64,000 nucleotides of DNA from the human T2T-CHM13v2.0 reference genome, Homo sapiens: the NCBI RefSeq assembly GCF_009914755.1, contig NC_060947.1, one strand, 5' to 3'. The position numbers and the translations under genes are program-made. Of this stretch, positions 37,106-49,918 are shown piece after piece; the first letter of the stretch is position 1; every line of letters begins with the position of its first letter. A model generated the notes under the pieces. The model was not told the origin of the DNA. It made no database searches and saw only the letters and a list, made by a program, of their open reading frames with translations.

Positions 37106-40100
37106 AATATCTTCTTGGTATTCAATTTATTTTTGCTCTACTTGGGTTACAAGTTTGATAAAGCAGTCAGTCTTTTCATTAAAGTTCCAGAAATTCTTAC
37201 CCAGTCCAAATGATGTGATTCTAAAGTTATTAGAAACCTGTATTCAAGAGTGTTTTTCAGAATCCTTTCCATTCTTTCATGAACCTCCTAAAAGATACAA
37301 TATTCTAAGATTTTGTGTGCTTGTGAAGTTTTCAGAAACTAAACTGCATTAGTATTAAGCAATAAACTGTGGAAATGACTTTAAAAAGTCATAATTAAAG
37401 ACAAAATTGACAAATGTTTGATTATTTCTGTGGTCTACAATAACTTAAGATAACAACTATAATTATGATTGAGAGTATATACTCTGACATATTAGAATTT
37501 TAGAAATTCCATAAAATTTTGGAACAAATATTAATATTACTCACTAAAATGTAACCTGAAGAAGGTTAAACATTTTTATTTTGACAATGTTTCCCATGGA
37601 ACTTAACATTTCACGTAATTCTGTTTATCTCTCTTTTGGATGCTTCAGGACCCTCTGCAGCATCCCTACGTCAGAGGTTAAAAAAGACTTAATTTTGCAG
37701 CTGAAATTTGATTTTGAGAAACCTGCCAAATATGATAAAGGTTTAAAACACTTGATAGTATAAAATAGAATTCCAGGTCATGATAAGCCATTCATTTCGC
37801 CAAAATGACTCACAAATTTTAAAAAGGCAAAAACCTTTACTCATTCATAGTGGGAAGACTTCGCTTTCCAAACAATCTGTCTCTTGTCTTTCCCTTCTTT
37901 TCCTGTAGTTCATTCAAAATGCAAACAAAAATCTTTTATTATCCTTTAATAGTACATGAAAATCTTATTCAAGAGAGAAAGGCAAATTTTACCCTTGCAT
38001 TAATATACTATTAATGTCAACCCCAATTTTTAATAAAACCTTATGGACAAATCTATCCAATCTTAATCAGTTTGACTGTAAGGTGAGATTCTCATAAACC
38101 TTTTATAATACTTTACAAATTTTTGTTAAAAAGCAGATCAGTGTTCTAAGAAAACCCTGTTGTTCTTTTATTCCAATGTTCAACTTATGGAAAAACTGAA
38201 TGTTCTTTAAATTTAGCCAATATGTTCATACATAGAATTTTTTAAAATATTATTTTTTTAAAATCTTCTACAACTTGCTGAAACCTTCAGCTTTTTTTCC
38301 ATCTAATTTAAAACAATCCTTACCTCTAAACTAGATAAAAATGTACATTCCCATGCCTTCTTATAATCATTTATCAAAAGCACATTTCACTTTCTTCACA
38401 TACCTTGAGTGTAAAACTGTTTTTTTCAGTAGTCTCAATTACATGTTACAATGTTAACTCTTAGCAATTTTTTATTTTTGATGAAAAACCTGGTAAGTTA
38501 TTTTATTTATGTATGAGGTTTGGAGCCTAGGACACCAGACAGAAGTGTAGATAAGTTCTGACTCTTTCCAGCATAGTTAGGGGGGCATGGCTAACTCCAC
38601 ATGTCTCCAGGCCTTACATCAAATCTAATAGATGCAAAATAAATAAGCTGAACACTTTTCAAAAGTCAAAGAAGCAGTTTATGACCTTAAAGCATTTAGC
38701 AAACCTAATATCTGACCCGCCTAATTTAGAGCAAATATCTTTATTTTACCAGTAATCTTTAAAAAACTTTATTTCCAAAAGCTTGCTAAAGTCACGTGAG
38801 CTAAAAGGCATTCCTTTTTATTTTTCTGACAAGATATTTAAGTGCTTACTTTTCTTTAATCCAATTAATCAAAGCTCTTTCATATATAAACATTACACAC
38901 ACACCACATATAAACACACATGCAGACAGACAAATGAAGATCCAGCAGTTGCAAGATTTTTCACTGGCCAATTTTTAAGTTTTTTAATTGGATTACTGGC
39001 TTCAGGGTGAAGTTCTTTGAGGAACAGGGCTAGGAAAACATTCAGTTTCTAGGGCCTAATAAGCAGGTACAGCTGGAAGGCAAGCAGACCCCCAAAATTC
39101 AAGGTCCCATTTTTATACTGGATACTGGATCTCCAAAAGTGAAATGCTATGGAACAAGACAGAGCAATGATTTTACTATGCATTTCATTGCAAAGCAACT
39201 CAATTCCAATGAGTCCATTTTGTAATTAGCCCATCCTCCAAGGGAGTCTTATCTGTCAGTGGAGGGTAGGGACATTGTCATGCCTTCCAGCTGGCCAACA
39301 GCATGCTTCTTTCATCCAAATGTGCAAAGAGTAGAGTATCCCCCATAACTGTCATTAGCCATCCCTAAATGTTTATTTCCTACCTAGTTATTACACTCCA
39401 AAGCGCTCTCATAATGTGAAGTAATTTCCGATACCCTCAAAACTCAAAACCATCAGATAACACAATGCAATGCAGAACAGAGTCTTAGATTTTGAGAGGG
39501 ATCCATCCAATTTCACTTCCTGGGGTTTCCGGAAACAAAGTCTGTGGCACCTCCTTTGTCTTTCCCAAGGAGTCTCAAGCTGCTACAAGTTATCTTAGGT
39601 CCTTTCATGTGTGCATCAAGAGTGGCAAGAAGACAAATTGGAGAAAAGCAATTCAGTTGACTGAAAAACAAAAAACCTTTTCCAAAAGAATAAAAATTAT
39701 CCAAGAAGAGAAAAAACATAAAGACCTTTTCAACATATGCATAACTTGGATATTCACTTTTAATTAAGCTGACTTTTAACCATAATGCTCTTTAAAAATA
39801 AAAGTCCTTTTAAATTTCTTATTAACCTACTTTAGCCAGGCTAAACTGCTATTGTTTCTGGCTTTTGAACTTTGCTAAAGGTAAGCTTCCAGGTGCTCAG
39901 GGAAAGAAAAATTCAAAACTGTTCATGGAGGGGAAGAGAATCAACAAATGGTAAAGGTCACACAGATATCAACCAGAAATACTCATGCCCTAAGCCAGGA
40001 CTGAACCCAGGCCACTGTTGTAAAATGGTGAAGCCCTAGTTGCTGAGCTGCAGCATTGGGTAGATTCTGTTGTCCTTCCTGGAAGGAGTCTAGAGCAGCC

Positions 40101-41740
40101 AATTTTGAGCTTGCAAAGGCTCGAGCTTTAATTTTTAGAGCTAACTATGACATGAATCCACAAATTCCTATTCCTTGGATGGCGGAGACCAAGAGAAAGT
40201 ACTGCCACACAGTTACAAGGTCAAGCTCCCAAAGACATAAACAAGATAAGATAGAGATCTCATTCAGTTTTTGTTTGTTTGTTTGTTTGTTTCAGGGACC
40301 TGAAGCAAAGTTTGTTACTGACCAGCTTGCTGGGCTGTTTTGAATAGCGAGCTTATGGGCTATTAAACCTGTGTTTTATCCTAAGGTACCCCTCTTCATG
40401 GCAGAATAACACAGAAAGGTAAATTTATATCACAAAGTACACTAGATTTGCTATAGCTTAAAACTAGCTTTGTGAATCCTTTTTCTCATTAATTAAAACT
40501 TTGCATGAGACAGTGATTTTTACCATTCCCACAGCTGGTTTGCACAGAGAAAGAGGAAAGGGAAGGGAGAAAAGCATTACCTGTGGTGGGGTGGAGAAGG
40601 TGAGGCACTCAGGGAATCCGGAGAAAGACACACTTGCAGCAACATTGAATCAAAAGTTCAGGTGGCCACTTGTCGGTCACGAAGGAATCTTTTCCAACAG
40701 ATCCATCAGCTCTCAAGTTTCCCCTTTTAAGGAGGAAAAAAGTTTCTCATGTCCCACGGTCCTGTACATACCTAATCCTGTCACCCACAGCCATCAGCAA
40801 AGAGTACAAGACAAATTAATCCAAAGAGAATAGTGGTTAACATCCCATAATGCCAGGTCCATTTTTAACCAAGAGGGACTTTACAGAGGGGAGGGCCTCT
40901 AAAACAGTCCCATCTTTTAGGAAAGTGAAATGTACCCACTACTTACCTAATGTCAGTCAATTGGTGCTGCAGTCTGTTTCCTTTGGATAAGTATCATAAC
41001 TAACCCAAAAGATTAGGAGTCTTAATTTTTAATCAATTAGTCATTTAAGCTTTTTATTTGCCTTTCAAAAACTCTTTAAATAAATATACTGAAATTTTTT
41101 AGAAGATTCTGCATATCAATAGGCATCCCTAGATGAGATTAACTTGGGAACCCTCATTTTCAAATGCACTTCAGTGCAGTGTTGTTCATTTGGAATAATC
41201 CACTGTAAGTTATCTTTAGTAAGATTTTGTCATTTCTGTAAGACTTTGCTGCTCAGTTCTTCAGAAGTTAAGGATCTCATTTTTACCTCAAATATTGGCT
41301 TTGCTCTCAGATTCCCTGGATCAACTTAGCTAATGATTTTTTCCTATGTAAGCATGCAAGAAAAATGAAACAAAGGGGTAGAACACTAAAACTCCTGTGA
41401 ATCTCCCAAAGCCAAATTTTACACCCCCTGCAATACTGCCATTTATTACCAGTTTCTTTCTGATGTAGTCAGATATAAGAGACCTCTAACTGCATCCAAG
41501 CCAGTTAATTACTGGATTCAATTCGATCCTGTACCTAGTTCAGCTTCTGTCACGACTTCCAAACCCAGTTTAGATCAGACATTTGCTCAAAGAAACTCAG
41601 AGAGCTCAAAACACAAATCCGTTGAGGTTCAGAATCCCAGAGACAATTTAACATGATTCCCAGCTGCTCCAGGAGAGCAATGGGCACAAGGTGCATTGGT
41701 TACTCAGTGCTCCTGGGGGTTGTTAGAAGCTCTACTTCGG

Positions 41741-41758
41741 ATCCCACTTCTGATGCCA
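41741..41758 (-). promoter_or_regulatory. Primer binding site complementary to tRNA-Leu(CAA)
   Basis: Minus strand TGGCATCAGAAGTGGGAT just inside the 5' LTR, compared with TGGTGTCAGAAGTGGGAT expected for the tRNA-Leu 3' end. Confidence 0.8.
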
Positions 41759-43423
41759 TCCTGACAAAAGAAAAACTTCAGCCAAATTAAGCTGAAAGGA
41801 GTTTAATTGAGCAATGAATGACTCATGAATCAGGCAGTCTTCCCAGCCAGAGTAGGCTCAGTGACTCCAGCACAGCCACGTGGTAGAAGATTTATGGACA
41901 GAAAAAGGAAAGTGATGTACAAAAAATGGAAGTGAGGTACAGAAAGAGCCATATTGGTTACAGCTCAGCCTTTGCCTTATTTGACCATGGTTCAAACAGT
42001 TGGCTACATTTGATTGGCCAAAACTCAGTGATTGACAAAAGTGTAGGTTACGGTCAGTTTACACCTCCACTTATTATTGTTCATGATATACAGAGAAACC
42101 TTTAGGCTGAACTTAAAATATGTAAGGAGGCAGCTTTAGGCTAAACTTGATTTAACAGTACTTACTATTACCAGTGAGTTTTGTAACTTCCTGTGATAAT
42201 TTATTGCTCATTAGTGTCCTTTTCTCTCTGATTGAAGTACTCCCTTTATCATTTCTTGTAGGTCAGGTCTGCTATTAACGAATTCTCCTAGCATTTGTTT
42301 GTCTGGGAAAGTATTTCTCCTTCATATTTGAAGGATATTTTCACCAGATATACTATTCTAGGGTAAAAGTTTTTTTTTTTTTCCTTCAGCACTTTATGTC
42401 ATGCTACTCTGTTCTCATCTGTAAGGTTTCTACAGAAAAGTCTGCTGCCAGATGTATTGAAGCTCCATTGTATGTTAATTGCTTGTTTTCTCTTGTTGCT
42501 TCTTTCAACCCTTGACCATTGGGAGTTTGATTATTAAATGCCTTGAATTAGTCTTCGTGGGTCCAATATGCTTGGTGTTCTACAACCTTTTTGTACTTAG
42601 ATATTGATATATTTCTCTAGGTTTGGAAAGTTCTCTGTTTTCCCTTTGAATAAGCTTTCTGTCCCTCTTTCTTTCTCTACCTCCTCTTTAATGACAATAA
42701 TTCTTAGATTTGCCCTTCTGAGGCTATTTTCTAGACCTTTTAGATGTGTTTCATTGTTTTTTGTTGTTTTTGGTCTCCTCTGACTGTGTATTTTCAAATA
42801 GCCTGTATTTAAGCTCACTAATTCTGTCTTCTGCTTGATACATATTGCTATTAAAGGACTCTGATGCATTCTTCAGTATGCCAATTGCATTTTTCAGCTC
42901 CAAAATTTCTGCTTGATTATTTTCAATTAATCCAATCTTTTTGTTAAATTTACGTGATAGAATTTTGAATTCTTTCTCTGTGTTATCTTGAATTTCTTTG
43001 AGTTTCCTCATCACAGCTATTTTTAATTTTTGGTCTGAAAGGTCACATATCTCCGTTTCTCCAGGGTTGGTCATTGGTACCTTATTTACCTCATTTGGTG
43101 AGGTCATGTTTTCCTGGATAGTGGTAATGCTAGCAGATATAATTTGGTTTCTGTGCATTGAAGAGTTAGGCATTTACTGTAGTCTTCACTGTCTGTGCTT
43201 ATTTGTATCCATCCTTCTTAGAAAGGATTTCCAGATATTTGAAAAGACTTGTTGTGATCTGAGCTGTATCTGCTTTAGCAGGCACCACAAACTGAGTAAT
43301 GCTGTGGTTTTTGCACACTCTCGACGTACTGACTTGACGGTCTTGGACGAGATTTGGGAGAATTCTCTGGATTACCAGGCAGAGACTCTAGTTCTCTTCC
43401 TTTACTTTTTCCCAAATATACAG

Positions 43424-43425
43424 AG

Positions 43426-43468
<43 letters not shown>
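43424..43468. repeat. (TC)n microsatellite
   Basis: Direct TC run within the L1 5' UTR. Confidence 0.95.
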
Positions 43469-43908
43469 GTTCTGAGCCACCTAAAGCTGGGGTGGAGTGA
43501 CAAAAGCACCTCTATGGCCACCAGCACTATGACTGTGCTGGGTAAGACCGAAAGCCAGCACAGTGCTGGGTTTCACCCAAGGCCTGCTGTAACCACTCCC
43601 TGGTTACTGCCTATGTTCAGTCAAGGCTCTTGGACTCTACAATTGGCAGGTGGCTAGCTAGCTAGCCAGGCATTTATCCTTCCCTTCAGGTCAGAAAGGT
43701 CCCCTAGACCCAGGTAAGTCCAGAGGTGCTGTCAGGGGGTCAGAGACCAGAGTCAAAAATCTTAGAAGTTTGCCTGGTGTTGAATTGTATTGTGGCTAAG
43801 CAGGCAATTAAATAAGAAACAGTCCTCTTATTTGTCTCTCCCCTTTCCAAATGTTGAGGAGCTTAACTCTGTATCCCTTGCTACCCCAGGCCACAAGGAG
43901 TACCGTCA

Positions 43909-44028
43909 GACTACTGTCAATGTTCTCTTAAGACCCAAGATCTCCTAAGGCTACTGCCAATATTCTCTTAAGGCCCAAGGTCGCTTAAGACTACTGTCAA
44001 TGTTCCCTTAAGGCCCAAGGTCTCTTAA
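43909..44028. repeat. 40-bp x3 tandem repeat in the L1 5' UTR
   Basis: Units at 43909, 43949 and 43989: g(a/g)ctactg(t/c)caat(g/a)ttc(t/c)cttaag(a/g)cccaag...taa. Confidence 0.93.
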
Positions 44029-44069
44029 GTCAGCTTGTTGTGAATGCTGCCTGGACTGGAATTCATTGG

Positions 44070-47000
44070 TCAGCACGTTAGAACTGCTATCAAGAGTGAA
44101 AATTGTGCTGCAACAAGAGATAGCACTTCTATGACCTCTGCTCACCAAGAATATATTCCAGGTGGCAGGTGGAGGCAAATCTGAGAAACTACTGAAACCG
44201 GTGGGTATGGCGTTAAAGAGCTGTCTCCTCTTCTGGAGTCATATCATCAGCTTCCTGAAAATCACTGAGTAAAAATGGATTGTGAGAGTGATTAACTTAG
44301 GAGCAGTCTCCTTGGTTTTGAATGCTGCAGAATGGAGGAGTATGTTTGGGTTGATGCAGGACTCACGACTTACTATTGAATAGATGGCTGTACATGATCC
44401 AAACACGCAAGTGGTTTTTCCTGAGGGGATCCCTAGCCTTGTATACTGAATAAAAGCCACTGTGAAGTTTCTTTAGCATGAAAAGAGGAAGGATTTTTTC
44501 CCCTCCTTTAAAATATAAGTGAAACTCTTAGATGAAGCAGCCTGATGTGCTGCATATGCAATCCATGCTGGATTGGCTTTGCAAAGACCAGGGTGTTTAT
44601 ATACTTATTATGCCTGTTACTCAGGTCATGTTGAATTCTGTGACTTAGGGGAACGTGTTGCATGGTCACCCCATGAAATCTTGCTGTTGTAAAATCAAGC
44701 AATGATTTGAGAAGCTGTATCAGATTTGTTATCTCAGCTTCCCCCATGGGTCTCTCAGATGCTAAGAAAATTATAATGATCCACAAGAGAATGAAGAAAG
44801 AAAAGGGAGTGAGTCAAGGGACTCACTTCAGCAAAGCCAAAAAATGTAAATAATTACTAAGGAATGTGAAGAATAAAGTGGCATTGATAGAGTTGACAGT
44901 AATATCGGGAGGATATCAGGATAGAATGTTTGACGGAATAAAGGTCAGTGTTTGGATAAACATTGAAACGTTTGAAGAGACTCTAGGTGAAGTGGTTGTA
45001 TCTCTTTTTCCTGCATGCATCACTGAGATGGATATTATGTCCGCTGGGAAACACTTCCTCTAACAATTATGGTAAAACAAACGGCATGTAAGTTTATCTG
45101 TTAGGTGGTATTAATCGGACATAATAAGTGGGAGCCTACAGAATTTTCTGAGCCCACTCAGGTTGTAAATTTGAAGCAGTAAAGAATACCTGGTGGAGAA
45201 AAAAACAGATTATCACTTTAATTAATGACATGTTAAAAGCTGGAGTGTTGTACAATAGCACTTTGTAGCCTATGAAAAGGCAGATGGTTCATGAAAACTA
45301 ACAGTAGGTGATCAATGCTTGAATAATGTAGTCTCACATATAGCATCATCATGAAAAAAATACAGGTTAAAGAAGGCAACTACTCAGCAGTTAATTGGGA
45401 AATGCTTTTTTTCCTGAACACCAATTATAATAAAGAGTCAACTGTAATTTTCCTTTGTGTAGGAAGGATCCCAATTTACACTCACCATTTTGCTGCAGAA
45501 TTATTTGAATTCACCAGCTTGCTGTCATAATTTGGTCAGGAAAGATTTGAACTTGATCCATGTATCAAGCACAGTAATAAACTACATAGAGGATTTCATA
45601 ATAATATCAGAAAACAAAGGATGAGCTAAAATTACTTAAATGCAGTGGTGACACATAGGACAAAGCAAAGATAGTTGATCCACCCAGCAGAGATTCAAGG
45701 ACTGGTATAAACGATGAAATTCTTGGGAATAACATGGGCAGAAGCCACTGGGACATCCCACAGGCAACTAAAAATAAAATGCCATCATTGCTTACCCCAT
45801 AAATAGGCAAGAAGCACAGCACGTGGTTGAGTCTTTTGGATTTTGGAGGATTCATACATCATATCAGAGAATGCTGTTAGATTCAATCCATGAAACTACC
45901 TCTAAGAAGACCATATTTGAATGGGGGCCTGAACAACAGCAGGCTATGTCAAAAATGCAAAAACTGGCGTCTCAGTCAACGGCTTTAGGACTTTAGGATC
46001 CACACTCAGATATGATTTGGAAGTGCCTGCAACTTACATTTATGCAAACGGGAGCTTATGGCAAAATACAATGAGTGCTGTCCAGCAGTGACAATTGACT
46101 GGAATATTGGGCAGAAAGTTTTCAGACGTGGCAGTGTATTACACTCTGTTTGAGAGACGATTATTTGTTTGCTATGGGGCACTTATTGAAACTGCCCGTA
46201 TGACTTGGGTACATAAAATACTCTTGAAACCATTGCTCATAATGTCTTGAGTAATGTCTAATAAGAGAGATAAGAAAGGAAGTGTTCAGAAATCTCCATA
46301 ATCAAATGAAAAGGGTTTATGCAGGAACATGCCACTGGAGGAATGCAAGGATGCAGTCAATGTGTGCATGCTTAGGTACAGTCTCTTTTCCCTTAGGCTA
46401 AGTTTGGAATCAACTGAAGAGATGCCATATTCTATTGCCACCTTGGTGGTGGGTCTCTATGCACAGCTCTCAACTGACCACAAAATAGCTCCTTAATTTA
46501 TGGATGGCAATTCCAAGGTGGATGGACAGCATCCAGTTTGGGAGACTGACCGACCTAAAAACTGACGAACATAAAAACTCTGATTGAAGAATGTAAGAAG
46601 AAATCAGCTTAAAGGGCTGGGCTGAATTGTATGCTGTTTTCCTTGTAGTGATGGAAGAATTGAACAAAAACAAAGTAAAAAATTTGTTGGTTTATTTTGA
46701 CCCATAAGTGGAATAAGAGGGTGACGTAGGTAGAATAAAGAGAGAGCCAATGGCCTGGCCACGTGGTCAGACAGATGGGCAATGGAAAATCGAACTATTA
46801 AAGGGCTACTGTAAGAGTCACAGCCCTGTGGAAATCACAATGGAAATTTAAGAGGCAGATTAAAGAAGGACAAGTTAATGCCCATTCAAATGATTCCTTT
46901 CCCCAATCAGGTGATTGGTATGAGCAAGTGGACATCCTTTTGTGCTTGTTGAGGTGTTGACCTGGTCCATGGAATGAGTGGACATGGAATAGCTGCAGCA

Positions 47001-49253
47001 AAGCAGAGGTGGGCTTATCATCAGCGTATTCCACTTGCACTTTCTGAGGCACCAAATCCCAGCAAGCGCTAACTGTGTGCCAGCCAGAAAGACAAAGACT
47101 GCAGATAATTATGAGGCAGATTCCCTTGGGTGGGGGGCTTAAGGGGGAGGTTCCCACATAGATACCACATTCACTGTATCAGACTACTACCAGTAGCCCT
47201 GGCGGGGTTGTGGGGAGGGGGGCGCTATAAATAGGTCCTGATAGAAAGAGATACTTACTTTGGACTATGCTTTGTATACTGGATGGTAAATACAAATTCT
47301 GAACATACTATAAAGGATTGGAACAGAAGATACTGTACCAAGTTAGAACGCCACGTTACAATTTTTCAGACCAACGATCGTATTGTATAGTCCATAGGGC
47401 TCAACAAGAGTCAAAGAGATAATATCAGGTGGCCACATCATATCGCACATCATCTTCGGAGTCGTGACTTGATAGAGAATTGGAATGACAAAACATTTGT
47501 TGAGTAAATTGAGTGGAGATAACGGTATGAAAGGCTAGCTTACAAACCTTCATGAGTGTGTGCTCACATTCAACATGGGAAGGGGGGACAAAGCATACTC
47601 CCCACTAGGTAGATTTCTCTGTTTTTCTGGGGGATTGGGGAAGAGGCAATAAGGGAGGATGCTGGTGTAATTACATAATGCATCCCCACACAAACCCACC
47701 TTTTGTGTTCCTAGCTGCTTCCGTGGTCCCAGGATTAGGGCTGCAACTGTAGGTGTCAGAGGCACAGATGATCCCTAAATCAAAACCCTTAACTTTACCT
47801 TTACACCTTTATGCCAGTGATTATAAGGGCCTGAAAGGATGAATTGTGCCTTTATGGCATCTGGCAAAATTAAGGTTGGCGGTGAATGCAGCTGCATTTC
47901 CCACATGGTCCAGAAAGCCCACTGGTTGTATCTTTATGTAACCCCTCCCTATTTGAATGGGATTGGATGAGTTTCTCCTCACATAGCCACTTTTGAAAAC
48001 TGTTGAGGGTAGGCACTTACCAGGCTGGTACTGGTACCAATGATTTTGACCAAATAAATGGTAAAACCTAACACCCTTTCAAAGATAGAAAAGTTTTGGT
48101 AAATCTCAACAGCAAATAGAAAGAAGGAGCAATAGTAGTTGAGGGTAAAGGAACGAATAAATGATCTATGGAATAAAAAAAAATCAATATGACGTTGGTG
48201 ACCTAAAGAAGCTCAGAGTAAGAAATTGCTATTGTCTTTTAGCAATTGTACCCTGATGTTCAAAAGAGTGAAGCCATATGTTTGCCAATACCACACCTGC
48301 TTTTTGAACTGCACAAGGTCAAAGGGAAGCCTGCAAATCTGAGTTGCACTGTTCTGGGGGAAATTTTGGTCACACAATGTGATGAACTGGTTCTATGACT
48401 AATGACTAAGTGCAACTGTAGAAATATGCCAGTATATTTTGACTCATTTTTCAGGTTATGTCTACTGCAAAGTATATCACTTAGCAAGAAATTTCTAGGA
48501 ACAACTCCCTATCAGGCCATTTCTCCGTGCAGTGTTACAGCTCCCGGCAGACTAATTACTGTGTAACCATAAACCTTGATGATAAAATCATGGGAAAGGT
48601 CCCTGATTATAATGAATGAAAAAAATAATGATAGCATGTCCGACATGCCATTGTGTGCTGTGCACAAATACTTATTATTCTTGTTTTAGCGGATGAAATG
48701 CTTTTGAACAAAATAGAAAAAGGAGCATGGATTTCTGATGGGAATAAAGCAGTGGCATCACATGGTAAGTTTGAGTTCTTCTATGGAATGGCCCCAAGGT
48801 GACCAACTGTCTTCTGTAGGCAAGTGATATGAAAAATACTGACACTGATTATCAAAAGTATCGGGAGATTGAGTTGAAGTCTACTTAGGATATAATACTA
48901 ACATGAAAATGACTAGCCTGAGGAAGAGCTAGATTTAGTTAGCCATCAGCTAACTTCTGTGTTAAATGGTGCTGCACAGATTCCTCACAAAGTACAAATA
49001 ACATTAGATCGAGGGGAGAAAGAAGTCATCGAATTAGGATAAATGTAGAAAAGTGTATGTTTTCTTTATAAGATACATTGCTTTTTTCATTAGATATAGC
49101 CCTTTCCTATACTGGCTCTTCTAACTGTTAGGTATACTCATACTAATGCTATCGCTACGTCTATTATATAAATGATATGCTAAAGGTAGAAGCACGAGAC
49201 AATGTGATAATTTTGCTGTAAGATATCCTAGGCCAAAGGCCAGGGGAGCCAAC
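44070..49253 (+). mobile_element. Decayed class III (ERVL-like) proviral internal region: gag/pro/RT/RNaseH/IN/dUTPase-like remnants
   Basis: Protease-like VVVSLFPACITEMDIM (ORF 44866..45063). RT motifs read by hand: KQ*RIPGG, QFTLTILLQNYLNSPACCHNLVRKDL, YIEDF. Integrase-like DTYFGLCFVY, SDQ and LIENWN at 47.2-47.5 kb. Confidence 0.85.
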
Positions 49254-49414
49254 TGGGCAGGAAAGAGTTACGTCCACTTACCTGGTTTCCTCAAACACAA
49301 GACATTCCAAAGAAAGTACTGTTTTCAGAACTAGTCCTTAACACACTCCTGGGAGATAACCGCTGTACATTGGAATATTCTCCCTCAAAAAGGTTTCGTT
49401 TTGTTTAGGTTTTT

Positions 49415-49445
<31 letters not shown>

Positions 49446-49918
49446 TTTCGGTATTCCTGAAACCTTGGGCCCTGCTGCACCAGTTAGACAAGATACTTTT
49501 TATCATGCATGGTGAATGCCTGTTTTTGGTTCTAAGAGTGGACCGGGGGCTGTGGTCTAAATTGGTGAGGTCATACAAGCCTTGCATCTCTATGTGACAG
49601 ATCACCCCAAAAACTCTGGATGTCAACTCTCAGAGGAGCTTCCTAAGTTGGTAACACATCACCTGTGTTGCCACACACTGTTGCTTGGGGATTTAAGTGT
49701 GTCCCTGGGAAAGTTCACTGGGCGGGGACCCCTAGAAGCTAGAGCCTGGTTCCTCCTAGACTTCACCTGACTTAACTTTTCCCATTGCATATTCAAAGCT
49801 ATTTTACTGAAATTTCACTGTAATAAACTGTAACTGTGATCATAAGAGCTTTTTAAGTCCCATGAGTCCTTAGAACAAATCGGTGAGCCAGAGGGTGGTC
49901 TTAGGGACCCCTGACATG
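49254..49918 (+). mobile_element. MER77/MER68/MER21-family LTR (3' LTR of the preceding provirus)
   Basis: Follows the purine-rich caggggagccaac. Contains ctcctgggagataacc, gtgttgccacacactgttgct and tgtaataaac. Ends gagggtggtcttagggacccctgaca. Internal poly(T) at 49395-49448. Confidence 0.8.

Larger units (their letters stand above)
34496..42157 (-). mobile_element. Complete MER57-type (MER4-group ERV1) provirus, 7.66 kb
   Basis: Paired LTRs 34496-34893 and 41762-42157 (reverse start tgttaaatca...tttagcct). TSD GTAC at 34492-34495 and 42158-42161. PPT-like segment at 34894-34900. Host L1 is continuous across it. Confidence 0.93.
29480..44062 (-). mobile_element. Near full-length L1MA1/2-like element (3' UTR, ORF2, ORF1, part of 5' UTR) split by THE1 and a MER57 provirus
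   Basis: 3' UTR gtgaaataagcacatcatggagaatggg. ORF2 endonuclease remnant 33486..33965 (ICCLQE, NIYAPN). ORF1 remnants 42597..43173. 5' UTR-like sequence at 43200-44060. Confidence 0.92.

Noticed and set aside
42998-43657. 219-aa ORF as a novel gene or ORF0 analogue
   Set aside because: It is antisense to the L1 ORF1/5' UTR, starts at a non-ATG codon and runs through a (TC)n repeat. Stop-poor antisense frames are common in L1.
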